A stretch of 64,000 nucleotides of DNA from an uncultured Pseudomonadales bacterium (GTDB taxonomy: Bacteria; Patescibacteriota; Microgenomatia; UBA1400; UBA12028), in contig CAZWPK010000001.1 of assembly GCA_964635905.1 (NCBI GenBank), positions 4,894 to 68,893 of the forward strand, in the 5' to 3' direction. Made by a program: the position numbers and the translations under genes. Under the pieces are notes generated by a model. That model was given only the letters and a program-made list of their open reading frames with translations. It did no database searches and was not told where the DNA came from. The first letter of the stretch is position 1. Each line of letters starts with the position of its first letter. Of the stretch, positions 19,407 to 28,857 are shown piece by piece.

Positions 19407-19946
19407 TTATGCTTTGGACTGCAAGTTTGAATAGAGATGCTCAAATTTTTGCAGTTTTGGTGAAATGATCAGCTGACAATAGGGGGCATCGGTGTGAGTG
19501 TTGTAGTAATTCTGATGATAATTTTCAGCAGGATAAAAGTCAGTTGCTTGTTCAATGACGGTTACAATCTTCCCGTTAAAGTGTTCTTGATTTAAACGAT
19601 CCCTTACTTTTTTTGCCGTTTCCAATTGCTGTGGAGAGGTGGTAAACACAACCGATCGATACTGTGTTCCGATATCCGCACCTTGTTGGTTTAGAGTTGT
19701 CGGATCGTGTGTATTCCAAAAAACGTCTAAGAGTTGTTCATACGAAATCTCCGATGGGTCAAACTCCACCTTAATCACTTCTGCATGTCCAGTCGTACCC
19801 ATGCTGACCTGATCGTAGGTGGAATTTTTAAGATGGCCTCCAGCATACCCGGGTTGAACAGAGAGGACCCCATTTAACCGTTGGTAGATGGCTTCTGTGC
19901 ACCAGAAACATCCACCTCCTAGGATCGCTGTTTCTTGTGATGTCAT
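19407..19946 (-). CDS. msrA: peptide-methionine (S)-S-oxide reductase
   Basis: GGGCFWCTE, HDPTTLNQQGADIGTQYRS, FYPAENYHQNY. Confidence 0.95.
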   Translation of the reverse strand: MTSQETAILGGGCFWCTEAIYQRLNGVLSVQPGYAGGHLKNSTYDQVSMGTTGHAEVIKVEFDPSEISYEQLLDVFWNTHDPTTLNQQGADIGTQYRSVVFTTSPQQLETAKKVRDRLNQEHFNGKIVTVIEQATDFYPAENYHQNYYNTHTDAPYCQLIISPKLQKFEHLYSNLQSKA

Positions 19947-19947
19947 C

Positions 19948-20313
19948 TTATGCTCCTTTGGGAATAAACTGAAGTGAAAGCGAGTTGACACAATGTCTAG
20001 TATTCGTTGGTGTGAAGTGTTCACCTTCAAACACGTGTCCTAAGTGTGCATTGCACGTTGCGCACATTATTTCAATTCTTTTTCCATCGTCGTCTGGAAT
20101 CCGAAGTACTTTCCCTTCAATTTCTTGATCAAAACTTGGCCAGCCACATCCCGAATGAAACTTTTGAGTTGATCGATATAACGGGGTCTTACAGCGTTTG
20201 CAAAGGTAGGTTCCCTCTTCCCAATACTCATCATATGCACCTGTAAAAGGCATCTCTGTACCTTTGTGAACGATGACGCGTTCTTCTTCTGGCGTAAGCG
20301 TATTCAATTGCAT
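19948..20313 (-). CDS. msrB: peptide-methionine (R)-S-oxide reductase
   Basis: KGTE.PF, SGCGWPSF, HLGHVF, RHCVNS. Confidence 0.95.
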   Translation of the reverse strand: MQLNTLTPEEERVIVHKGTEMPFTGAYDEYWEEGTYLCKRCKTPLYRSTQKFHSGCGWPSFDQEIEGKVLRIPDDDGKRIEIMCATCNAHLGHVFEGEHFTPTNTRHCVNSLSLQFIPKGA

Positions 20314-20349
20314 AGCAGAAGTGTATCATGCAACACAATGAAGGATTGA

Positions 20350-20820
20350 ATGGGAACACGGATGCGTATGCAACCAGGAATCGATTACACCGGAGTCTGC
20401 GTTGTCTTTCTTTGCCATGATGGAGAAGGACAGATCGTACTCTCCAAGCGAGGAAAAAAATGCCGTGATGAGCAAGGGCGCTGGGATCCAGGTGGAGGAG
20501 CAGTAGAGTTTGGGGAAAATGTTGATCTAACATTACGCAAAGAGATTAAAGAAGAGTATGCCGCGGATGTCTTGGAGACAGAATTTTTAGGTTTTATGGA
20601 TGTCCATCGAACTCTAAAGGGTAGACCTACGCACTGGATTGCCTTAAGCTACTTGGTTCGTGTTGATCGCAGACAAGTGAAAAATAATGAGCCGCATAAA
20701 TTGGATGCGGTGGAATGGTTTACATTACAAACCCTTCCTAGCCCACTGCATTCGCAGTTTCCTACATTTCTAGAAAAGTTCACATTAAAGCTTTCTAATA
20801 GAAACGATCAGAATGAATAG
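20350..20820 (+). CDS. NUDIX hydrolase
   Basis: GGAVEFGE...LRKEIKEE Nudix box; exact start uncertain (20350, 20362 or 20368). Confidence 0.88.
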   Translation: MGTRMRMQPGIDYTGVCVVFLCHDGEGQIVLSKRGKKCRDEQGRWDPGGGAVEFGENVDLTLRKEIKEEYAADVLETEFLGFMDVHRTLKGRPTHWIALSYLVRVDRRQVKNNEPHKLDAVEWFTLQTLPSPLHSQFPTFLEKFTLKLSNRNDQNE

Positions 20821-20996
20821 TAGAATTGAGATACTGACTTTTTGGCAAAGTGAATATAACAAGGATTGCATATGCGGGTCTTTCTTGCTTAGGAATACTT
20901 CAAATTTTTTGCTAGTATTACAGGCAAGTTTAAAACTTTACAAAGAACAGATCCTTTCTTATACTGTATCATTCTATAGTAATCTTTGGAGGTCTC

Positions 20997-21401
20997 ATGA
21001 ACCTAAAAATTCTTGCTCTTGTTGGGAGTGCATTCCTATTGTCTGCATGTAGTCCGGCAGCTGCACCTACTCCCACAACGACACCCGCGATGGAATCAGT
21101 AAGCCCAAGCCCAGTTACTCCAACTGAACCTGCTTCACCTTCCGCAAAAATGAAGGGATATACTTTAACTGATATTGCAACGCACAAAACGAAGGAAGAC
21201 TGCTGGATGGCAATTGAAGGAAAAGTCTATGATGTTACCCCAGTCACGAGTTCTGGAAAACATCCAGGTGGTGAGGTGATCATGACCGGTTGTGGTACGG
21301 ATGCAACCAAACTTTTTAACGCACGTCCTGGTAAAGGAACACCGCATTCTGCAATGACAAAAAGCAATTTAGTGAATTTTGAGATTGGAGTTTTGCAGTA
21401 G
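20997..21401 (+). CDS. lipoprotein with cytochrome b5-like heme/steroid-binding domain
   Basis: Lipobox LLSAC, Pro/Thr linker, HKTKEDCWMAIEGKVYDVT, HPGG, GTDAT, distal His (PHS). Confidence 0.88.
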   Translation: MNLKILALVGSAFLLSACSPAAAPTPTTTPAMESVSPSPVTPTEPASPSAKMKGYTLTDIATHKTKEDCWMAIEGKVYDVTPVTSSGKHPGGEVIMTGCGTDATKLFNARPGKGTPHSAMTKSNLVNFEIGVLQ

Positions 21402-21424
21402 TTAGCATTCAGACTAGAAATTGG

Positions 21425-21453
21425 AGCGGGCAGGGAAACCTGTCCGCTTTTTT
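21425..21453 (+). terminator. intrinsic terminator
   Basis: AGCGGGCAGG-gaaa-CCTGTCCGCT followed by a T run. Confidence 0.85.
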
Positions 21454-21838
21454 ATGCCCAATGGATGCCGGAATATTTTTCTACTTTATTGAGTAATTCA
21501 TCGAGTTCAAATGGTTTGGCGACATAGTCATCGGCTCCACACGCCTTTGAAATTGTCGCCATATCCCGGTTGGCTGAGATCAAAATGACGGGAATCTCTT
21601 TTGTTTGTTCCATACTTTTTAGACGCTTACAGATGTCATGACCATTCTGACCTGACATCCAGATATCTAGTAAGATGACATCTGGAGAAAAAGCGTTAAT
21701 TTCAAGAGGAACTTTGGATCCATCCGGAGTTGTTTGTACCGTATATCCTGCTTCTTCTAATAGAATTTGGAGCGCCTCTAAAATTCCATGATCGTCATCA
21801 ACAACCAGGACGCGTTTTGACAGTGAAGAGGTGTTCAT
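21452..21838 (-). CDS. single-domain response regulator (receiver only)
   Basis: VLVVDDD, ILLDIWM, ADDYVAKPF. Confidence 0.9.
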   Translation of the reverse strand: MNTSSLSKRVLVVDDDHGILEALQILLEEAGYTVQTTPDGSKVPLEINAFSPDVILLDIWMSGQNGHDICKRLKSMEQTKEIPVILISANRDMATISKACGADDYVAKPFELDELLNKVEKYSGIHWA

Positions 21839-22081
21839 AGATTTCACAACAGCGCTTAGTGTACAAAGACACTGTAAGAAGTATGCAAGAAAAATGAAAA
21901 AAATTGTAATACTTTCGATTGCAGTTTCTTGACTAATTCTTACGGTTTTAGTTGCAAATTTCATTTGCGAAAGCTATTAACTACTGCTTACGATCAGCGT
22001 TGTACTTCCATCGGAAATCACTCTGATACTCGATACGGTAGAACGACGATGATTCGTACTGTATAAGAAAGGAGTTCTTCT

Positions 22082-22306
22082 ATGGCAACTGTCATTAATA
22101 ATCCAGGGACAACATCTGATCAATCGACTGGGATCGGGTTTCTTGCTGGAGTAGTCTTATTGATTTTGTTTGTGATTGCGTTTCTGTATTACGGGTTGCC
22201 CGCATTACGACGAAGCTTTTCTTTTGGGGGAACACAAATTAACGTCCCCGATCGAGTTCAAGTGGATGTGAATCAGAATTCAGGTTCTGCCCCATCCGGT
22301 CAGTAA
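22082..22306 (+). CDS. small single-pass membrane protein
   Basis: Strong SD AAGGAG, one TM helix, followed by a terminator. Confidence 0.8.
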   Translation: MATVINNPGTTSDQSTGIGFLAGVVLLILFVIAFLYYGLPALRRSFSFGGTQINVPDRVQVDVNQNSGSAPSGQ

Positions 22307-22325
22307 TGTTTTGACCTGCGTATCT

Positions 22326-22359
22326 GCCCGTATCTACAGTCTGTAGGTACGGGCTTTTT
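22326..22359 (+). terminator. intrinsic terminator
   Basis: GCCCGTATCTA...TAGGTACGGGC stem followed by TTTTT. Confidence 0.8.
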
Positions 22360-22458
22360 CTTACCGTCCCGTTACGGTTTTATCCATGTTGTTTTTTACT
22401 GTAGATCTATTGTGGGAGATACGAAGTGCTCTACCAGGAAATCATCGCAATCTATACT

Positions 22459-23313
22459 ATGTCTACTTTCTTTAATACTCCCCAGCATCAGTCCACGCAA
22501 CCGGGTCGCGAATCCGAAATGATTCCTCAGCCGGATTCTATTGCTCCAACCTATCAGGGGTCAGGAAAATTAACAGGGAAAGTCGCCATTATTACTGGGG
22601 GTGATAGTGGTATTGGGAGAGCTACGGCACTGTTGTTAGCCCGAGAAGGTGCTGATCTGATGATTAGCTATTTAAATGAACATCAGGATGCTTCCGATAC
22701 GCAAAATTTAGTTCAAGCAGAAGGACAGCGTTGTCTTCTTTTTCCTGGAGACATTTCTGATTCTAGTGTCTGTAAAAAATTAGTGGATCAGACGATCACG
22801 GAGTATGGACATTTGGATACGGTGATTAACAATGCTGCGCAGCAGTTTCCACAGGAATCGTTATCGGATATTTCCGACGAGCAATTGTTACAAACGTTTA
22901 AAGTAAATATCTTCTCTTATTTCTATTTGAGTCGGGAAGCCCTTCCGTATTTGTCCGAGGGCAGCACTATCATCAATACAACCTCTGTGACTGCCTATCG
23001 AGGCAGTGACCACCTAATTGATTATGCCTCTACCAAAGGAGCGATTGTGGGATTTACACGATCATTAGCGTTATCGCTTGCCCCAAAGAAAATTCGAGTG
23101 AATGGGGTAGCACCAGGACCAATCTGGACCCCCCTGATACCATCCTCTTTCTCTGCCAAAGAGGTAGAGAGCTTTGGGATGGATACGCCATTAGGAAGAC
23201 CAGGGCAGCCAGAAGAAGTGGCTCCATGCTATGTGTTTCTTGCCTCCGACGATAGTTCCTATATGACAGGACAGATTCTTCATCCGAATGGTGGTGAAGT
23301 AATTAATACGTAG
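22459..23313 (+). CDS. SDR oxidoreductase (YhdF/YdaD/YghA general stress type)
   Basis: QPG.E.EM.PQP N-terminus, ITGGDSGIG, DYASTKG, PGPIWTPLIP, GQILHPNGG. Confidence 0.92.
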   Translation: MSTFFNTPQHQSTQPGRESEMIPQPDSIAPTYQGSGKLTGKVAIITGGDSGIGRATALLLAREGADLMISYLNEHQDASDTQNLVQAEGQRCLLFPGDISDSSVCKKLVDQTITEYGHLDTVINNAAQQFPQESLSDISDEQLLQTFKVNIFSYFYLSREALPYLSEGSTIINTTSVTAYRGSDHLIDYASTKGAIVGFTRSLALSLAPKKIRVNGVAPGPIWTPLIPSSFSAKEVESFGMDTPLGRPGQPEEVAPCYVFLASDDSSYMTGQILHPNGGEVINT

Positions 23314-23328
23314 CATAGGAGGAAATGT

Positions 23329-23496
23329 ATGGTGAAGCTTATTACACGGTCAGTTCAAGACACCTTGTCTGGTTTTTCAACGCTTTTTGGAAATGATGTG
23401 ACTATCTTGCGCTTAAAAGACCGATCTACTCGTAAGCGCTCCTCGTCAACGCATACGGGATTTAAAGGCTATTTTAGAAAAAGTAAAAACATTTAG
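23329..23496 (+). CDS. small basic hypothetical protein, 55 aa (not in ORF track)
   Basis: AGGAGGA SD at 23317-23323; MVKLITRSVQDTLSGFSTLFGNDVTILRLKDRSTRKRSSSTHTGFKGYFRKSKNI. Confidence 0.55.
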   Translation: MVKLITRSVQDTLSGFSTLFGNDVTILRLKDRSTRKRSSSTHTGFKGYFRKSKNI

Positions 23497-23556
23497 AGTT
23501 CAACTTCACGCGAATTGTTTAAAAATGTTACTTTCGCAGTCGTAGTTAGAATCCTA

Positions 23557-23586
23557 TTTAAATACCCCCTTTCGGGGGTATTTAAA
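23557..23586. terminator. bidirectional intrinsic terminator
   Basis: Perfect 13-bp inverted repeat TTTAAATACCCCC-tttc-GGGGGTATTTAAA between convergent genes. Confidence 0.85.
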
Positions 23587-23612
23587 GATTGCTCTTTTAA
23601 AAACAGGTTGTA

Positions 23613-23870
23613 TTACACCGTTCGGGCAGTAATGACACGTCCAATCCAAATAGTGACGACCGCGCCCATAGTGGCGACAATTAAACTATAAAGATTCAGA
23701 CCATTGACGCCATCAGCGCCAAACATGCCCATTAAGAAACCGCCGACAACTGCTCCAACCACGCCCAAGACAATGTCCAGTACGGGTCCTTGAGAAGCAT
23801 TGGTTTTCATAATGAGTGATGCTAGGTATCCAGCAATGAGCCCTAGAATCATCCAGAGAATGAGTCCCAT
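23613..23870 (-). CDS. GlsB/YeaQ/YmgE family stress-response membrane protein
   Basis: LGLIAGYLASLIM...DIVLGVVGAVVGG...SLIVATMGAVV. Confidence 0.92.
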   Translation of the reverse strand: MGLILWMILGLIAGYLASLIMKTNASQGPVLDIVLGVVGAVVGGFLMGMFGADGVNGLNLYSLIVATMGAVVTIWIGRVITARTV

Positions 23871-24014
23871 ACAGTTCTCCTTTCTTTATAACGAATACTG
23901 ATTGCGATTATCGTATAAAGTTCTTTTAGTTATTGTTCGTGAGTAGAGTAAGAGGTGGGTAAGATGAACCGGAGGTGAAGTACAATAGCAGTGAGTTAAA
24001 ACAATTCATTATCT

Positions 24015-25430
24015 ATGGCAGAATTTAAACCGTCACTTTTATCCTCTATGGTGTCACAGTCCCCGTACGGGATTATTTTGATGGACGAAGCAGGACTCTG
24101 TTCCTACATCAATACACGGGCTTTGGAAATGCTTTCCGTCTCAGACCCTGTAACGGTTCTTGGGAAACACATTCATGATGTTGTGCATCCTTCGGGGGAT
24201 TTTGCTGATCATACGATTGAAGGGTGTCCGCTTCACTTGGCCATAAAACACCAGCAATCAATGTTTAACGCTTCTGACGTCTTTCGTACCGCTACCAAAG
24301 AAGCGTATTGGGTAGGCCTTTCATTTTTTCCCGTACAGTCTTTGGAGAAGCCTGTTTGTTATCAGTTATCCTTTTTAAATGCAGAGCTCGCCTTCCATGG
24401 AAAAGAAGACTATGTAAAAGCACGTTCCCAATACAAAGTTATTTTTGATGCCAGCCATGATTGGAAGCTCATCGTGACGGATGCAGGTGTTGTAGAGGAG
24501 GGGAATGCGGCAGCCTTAAAGTTCTTTAAAAATCAAATGTTAGGAAAGATTGTGTTTTCACTTTTTTCCACCGAGGATAGGTCAGAACTTAAAGAAATAT
24601 GGGACCAGCGTTTTACGAAGCAAATCCGATTAATCCCTTTTTCGTTCGCCCAAGACACTGGGGAGGAATTTCATACGGAACTATCTATTGTGACCAATGT
24701 TTTTCCCGGTAAGAATTTAATTATCATCCGGGATATTACTTCGAAGGTGGCAATGCAGCGGCAACATGATCAATTTTTGGCCGTTGCAAGTCATGAATTA
24801 AAAACCCCCTTAGCTGTGATTAAAGCATTCGTTCAGCTATTGGAAGGTCAGGTTAAAGACTTTCCGAATCCCAAGGTGCATCGCTATGTCCATCAAATTG
24901 AAGAAAAAACTGATTTATTGACTCTCTTAGTTTCTGATGTGGTGGATTCTATTCGCTTGGGATCTAATAAATTAAAGTTTAGCAACGAAACAATCTCCTT
25001 TGATACGACAGTAAAACAAATTGTGGAAGAGATTCAAGCGCAGACTGTCAGTCATGAACTTAAACTAATTGGTCAATCCAAGGCTACAGTTCATATGGAT
25101 CCACAACGACTTCGACAAGTGCTTCTCAACCTGATTACCAATGCAATCAATTCTTCGGTCGAGAAGGAAGAGGTGCTCATTACCATCAACAACACCGATC
25201 AAATGGTAGAAGTTCGTGTCAAAGATTTCGGAAGAGGACTCTCAAAGAAAGACCAAAAAGATGTCTTTCTGCCATTTTTTAGAAATAAAGCCCTCGCCAA
25301 CACCCATGTGGGAACGGGATTAGGGTTATATCTATGCCAGCGGATTGTGGATCACTACAACGGGAAATTGACTGTCCACAGTGAATACCGTCATGGTTCT
25401 GAATTCAAAGTCGCACTCCCAGTAGCATAA
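24015..25430 (+). CDS. cytoplasmic PAS-PAS sensor histidine kinase
   Basis: Two PAS-like segments, ASHELKTPL, LITNAI, DFGRG, GTGLGL; no TM segment. Confidence 0.9.
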   Translation: MAEFKPSLLSSMVSQSPYGIILMDEAGLCSYINTRALEMLSVSDPVTVLGKHIHDVVHPSGDFADHTIEGCPLHLAIKHQQSMFNASDVFRTATKEAYWVGLSFFPVQSLEKPVCYQLSFLNAELAFHGKEDYVKARSQYKVIFDASHDWKLIVTDAGVVEEGNAAALKFFKNQMLGKIVFSLFSTEDRSELKEIWDQRFTKQIRLIPFSFAQDTGEEFHTELSIVTNVFPGKNLIIIRDITSKVAMQRQHDQFLAVASHELKTPLAVIKAFVQLLEGQVKDFPNPKVHRYVHQIEEKTDLLTLLVSDVVDSIRLGSNKLKFSNETISFDTTVKQIVEEIQAQTVSHELKLIGQSKATVHMDPQRLRQVLLNLITNAINSSVEKEEVLITINNTDQMVEVRVKDFGRGLSKKDQKDVFLPFFRNKALANTHVGTGLGLYLCQRIVDHYNGKLTVHSEYRHGSEFKVALPVA

Positions 25431-25504
25431 TGCCAAACTCTAACGATCCTCTTACCCACAGTGCTACTCCGCTGAAGTAAGATAACCCTATTCTATTGTC
25501 GTGT

Positions 25505-25861
25505 ATGAAAACTGTGTTTATTGTAGAAGACGATCCCCATTTATTGGAGGCCATGCAAACGGTGCTTGCTGAGTACGGGTGCAAGCCGGTCTGTTGTACG
25601 CGTACGTCTACATTTTGGAAGCGCTTAGAAAAAAACAAACCGGATGCAATTGTCCTAGACGTCTTTTTGGAAGACGGGAGGGGAGATACTATTGCTCGCA
25701 AACTAAAAACCATGGATGGTTATTGTTCGATCCCAGTGATCTTAATGTCTGCCACACAAGAACTCCGCGAACGAGCGATGGAGGCTAAAGTGGAAGCCTA
25801 TTTGGCAAAGCCTTTTTCTCTGGACAAGTTTACCCAAGTGCTTCAAATGTATTTAAGTTAA
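25505..25861 (+). CDS. single-domain response regulator (receiver only)
   Basis: VFIVEDD, IVLDVFL, YLAKPF. Confidence 0.88.
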   Translation: MKTVFIVEDDPHLLEAMQTVLAEYGCKPVCCTRTSTFWKRLEKNKPDAIVLDVFLEDGRGDTIARKLKTMDGYCSIPVILMSATQELRERAMEAKVEAYLAKPFSLDKFTQVLQMYLS

Positions 25862-25936
25862 CGAAATCTTTCAAAAGTTACTGAGCAAAACAATGATTCT
25901 CTAGTTGTGCTTTTTTAAATGCAAGGATGGTAGGCT

Positions 25937-26629
25937 TTAAACGTTTTTTGCGGAGTCGTCTCGTACACTGTATCCGAATCCTCGCATCGAGTGAATCAGC
26001 TTGTTGGTATTGCCCTTATCAATCTTTTTTCGCAGGTATCCGATGTAGACGTCGACAACGCGACTTTCTACGTCCGGAGTATAGGACCACACACTGGACA
26101 AAATCATGTCACGGGTTAAGACACGATTTTTGTTGGTGAGTAGGTAATGCAAGAGTGTGTATTCTGTTTGTGTTAAGGGAATGGATTTGTTCGCTCGCTT
26201 CACTTCGAAAGTTTCGGTGTTCATCTCTAGATCTCCAATACGGAGTACTGGATCGGAGGACGGGTCACGAAGTCTGGCCTGAATGCGCGCTAACAATTCT
26301 TCCGTTTTGAATGGTTTTGTAATGTAGTCATCGGCGCCTAATCCAAGTCCAGCAACAATGTCTTTGGTGTCGTCTTTTGCCGTCAGAATGATAATTGGCA
26401 TTCGGGGAAACAGTTTTTTTACTTCTGCACACACAGTTTCTCCGGCTATGTCAGGTAAAGAGAGGTCCAGCAAGACTAGATTGGGGTTCACTTGTTCAAT
26501 TAAGGCGATAGCTTGTGTATATTTATTGACTGGATGTACTGTAAAACGCTGGTTTACGAGAATGTCTTGAAGATATTCCAATAAAGATGGTTCGTCTTCG
26601 ACAACCACAATTGTGGGAACTACACTCAT
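25937..26629 (-). CDS. OmpR family response regulator
   Basis: VVVEDE, LLDLSLP, GADDYITKPF, SRVVDVYIGYLRKK, MRGFGY; SD AAGGAG. Confidence 0.93.
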   Translation of the reverse strand: MSVVPTIVVVEDEPSLLEYLQDILVNQRFTVHPVNKYTQAIALIEQVNPNLVLLDLSLPDIAGETVCAEVKKLFPRMPIIILTAKDDTKDIVAGLGLGADDYITKPFKTEELLARIQARLRDPSSDPVLRIGDLEMNTETFEVKRANKSIPLTQTEYTLLHYLLTNKNRVLTRDMILSSVWSYTPDVESRVVDVYIGYLRKKIDKGNTNKLIHSMRGFGYSVRDDSAKNV

Positions 26630-26824
26630 AGTATCTCCTTTATTCAAAAAGCAAGTGTGCTTGCAGCTTCCATTGTAATAGCCTGGAAGTGCCACTTATA
26701 TAATTCTTACAATTCTCACACCAAGTCAGTACGCAGAAATCTATTCTTATGTTTCTCACACATGTCTATGCCTGATCCCTGTCTGAGTTGAACTAGTATA
26801 TGTTCACATACTTGAATATACACT

Positions 26825-27322
26825 ATGAATAATACACAAGTCCTACAATCTCAAACGGTACTAGATACTAAAAGTCAGACTCGAAAGATGGATGAAGAGC
26901 GGGTGAGTAACTTTAAGAAACTGGATGAACTCGCGTCAATTGACAATCAAGCTCTGTTTACAGCGAAAGGGGTATTTCCGTTTGATTTGTTTCCTGACAC
27001 AGTGTACATCGATCGGAACAAGATATCGATTCACAAACATTTTTTCTTTTTTACCAAACAGTTACAAAGCATCATGATTCGGGACACCTTAACCGTAGTA
27101 GTCGAGGAAAATCTTTTGTTCGCGAGCCTACAGATTGTAGACAAAGTGTTTCCGCAGGAAACGATTCAGGTTCGATTCTTAACGAAATCGGACGCAAAAA
27201 AAATTCGTTGGATAGTGGAAGCCTTAATCGTAGGCCTAAACGAGAACATTGATTTCACTCGGATTCCCAATGAAGACCTCATCCCCAAGTTGCTTGAAAT
27301 TGGCAAGATCAGTACTTCCTAA
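26825..27322 (+). CDS. hypothetical protein (possibly PH-like beta-rich fold)
   Basis: 165 aa; LFTAKGVFPFDLFPDTVYID...KHFFFF; fold is inferred. Confidence 0.7.
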   Translation: MNNTQVLQSQTVLDTKSQTRKMDEERVSNFKKLDELASIDNQALFTAKGVFPFDLFPDTVYIDRNKISIHKHFFFFTKQLQSIMIRDTLTVVVEENLLFASLQIVDKVFPQETIQVRFLTKSDAKKIRWIVEALIVGLNENIDFTRIPNEDLIPKLLEIGKISTS

Positions 27323-27420
27323 CCGCTACCACTTTTCACAGTTGAGGTAAAACCATTCCATTCTCTTACGGCTTCTGGTATACTTCGCCTTCGGATTATT
27401 TTCAGTGAAGGTGTTATCGT

Positions 27421-28842
27421 ATGTCTCGATTTACAACAGGTTATCAGCGTCTTGTGCGAGTGATCGATCGGTTTCCCCTGCAAAGCTTTTTTATTGCATT
27501 GGCAATCCTTTTTGGCATGCTTGGTGTCGCCCATTTTTGGCAAAAACCATCGTCGGTTCAACAAGAGGAAGTCGTTGAAGCAAAGATAGTTCAAACCTAT
27601 GCATTTGGGGAAAGTCCAAAATTGAGCGTGTCTGCACGCATTGAAAAATCGGGTGTTATCTCCATTTATGCTCAAGCTCCTGGAATTGTGCAAAAAATTC
27701 ATGTTCAAGAAGGAAAGAAAGTCTTCCAAGCTCAAACATTAATCTCCTTATCGACGAACTATCAAGGAGGGAATGCCGCTAGTTTGAGTAGACAGATCGC
27801 TCAAAAGAACTTTACCTTCTCCCAAGAGAACTTTGAACTGCAAAAGGAGGTCATTAACCGACAAAAAGACTTAGCTAGCAAGGGAAACTTGCAAGCAGCA
27901 GAGATTCGTGAGTTAACGCGTCAGTCACTAGGAGATACTCGGTCACTTATCTCTCAAAATGAAGAAATCTTATCGGTTTTAGATACCCAGATTCGTTTCT
28001 TAGAATCCAACAATGTGAACGGTTCTAATGACGCGGCACTTGCATCCGCCCGGCAAGGACGACTGGCCGCTTCGAGCGGATTAGCTTCACTTAAATCGAC
28101 GCTGCGTACAGTAGAGTATCAATCGGATGATACAAAAACCCCGGCACAGATTACCGACATGTCCAAAGAAGTCACTCTCAAACAGTTGGAACTGCAAGAA
28201 AAATCCTTGGTGCTTGCAAAAGATCTTTCTGGCCTGAATTTACGTTTGGCTCGAATCAGCGAAGGACTGATGTATCCAGCAACTCCCTGTGCAGGTTTAG
28301 TAGAACGTGTGTATGTAAAAGTAGGCCAGTCGGTTTCTCCCGGAACGCTCCTTGCCACAATCAAAGCCAATCAAGGTGAGAACTCTGCAGTCATCCTTGT
28401 TCCGTCAACCATTGCAAAGCAAGTGTCCAGTTCAGAAGTTACAGAGTTTTCAATTGGAACGACAAAAATCTCTCTCTATCCAAGATATATTTCCTCGGAG
28501 GCTACGGATGGAACACTCTATAGTCTGATCTATTCGATCCCTGCCACCTATTCTGCCTCTCTCACCAATGCGACTTCTGTGGCTGCAAGGCTGCCTTTGG
28601 GAGCCTCCTCTATCATCACTGATGAGTTGTCGATTCCTCTGGATGCGGTATACCAAACCCAAGAAAAAGCCTACGTTTACATTCTCCATAACGAGGGTGA
28701 GAAGCGTACCGCAAAAACAGTAGAGGTTGCTCTGGGGGATGTTTCTGGGCGTTTTGTGCAGGTTCTCTCGGGACTGTCATCCACTGATGTCATTATTCTA
28801 TCCCGTACTGTTCAGGATGGGGACCAAGTTAAAACCGAATAA
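27421..28842 (+). CDS. RND efflux periplasmic adaptor (membrane fusion protein)
   Basis: N-terminal TM, lipoyl halves (APGIVQKIHVQEG / GLVERVYVKVGQ), long coiled coil, IPLDAV, VLSGL. Confidence 0.85.
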   Translation: MSRFTTGYQRLVRVIDRFPLQSFFIALAILFGMLGVAHFWQKPSSVQQEEVVEAKIVQTYAFGESPKLSVSARIEKSGVISIYAQAPGIVQKIHVQEGKKVFQAQTLISLSTNYQGGNAASLSRQIAQKNFTFSQENFELQKEVINRQKDLASKGNLQAAEIRELTRQSLGDTRSLISQNEEILSVLDTQIRFLESNNVNGSNDAALASARQGRLAASSGLASLKSTLRTVEYQSDDTKTPAQITDMSKEVTLKQLELQEKSLVLAKDLSGLNLRLARISEGLMYPATPCAGLVERVYVKVGQSVSPGTLLATIKANQGENSAVILVPSTIAKQVSSSEVTEFSIGTTKISLYPRYISSEATDGTLYSLIYSIPATYSASLTNATSVAARLPLGASSIITDELSIPLDAVYQTQEKAYVYILHNEGEKRTAKTVEVALGDVSGRFVQVLSGLSSTDVIILSRTVQDGDQVKTE

Positions 28843-28857
28843 GATCAGATAGGACAT

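Noticed and set aside
20813-21052. 79-aa ORF between NUDIX and the cytochrome b5 gene
   Set aside because: It overlaps the b5 start and promoter, has no motif, and looks like AT-rich intergenic sequence
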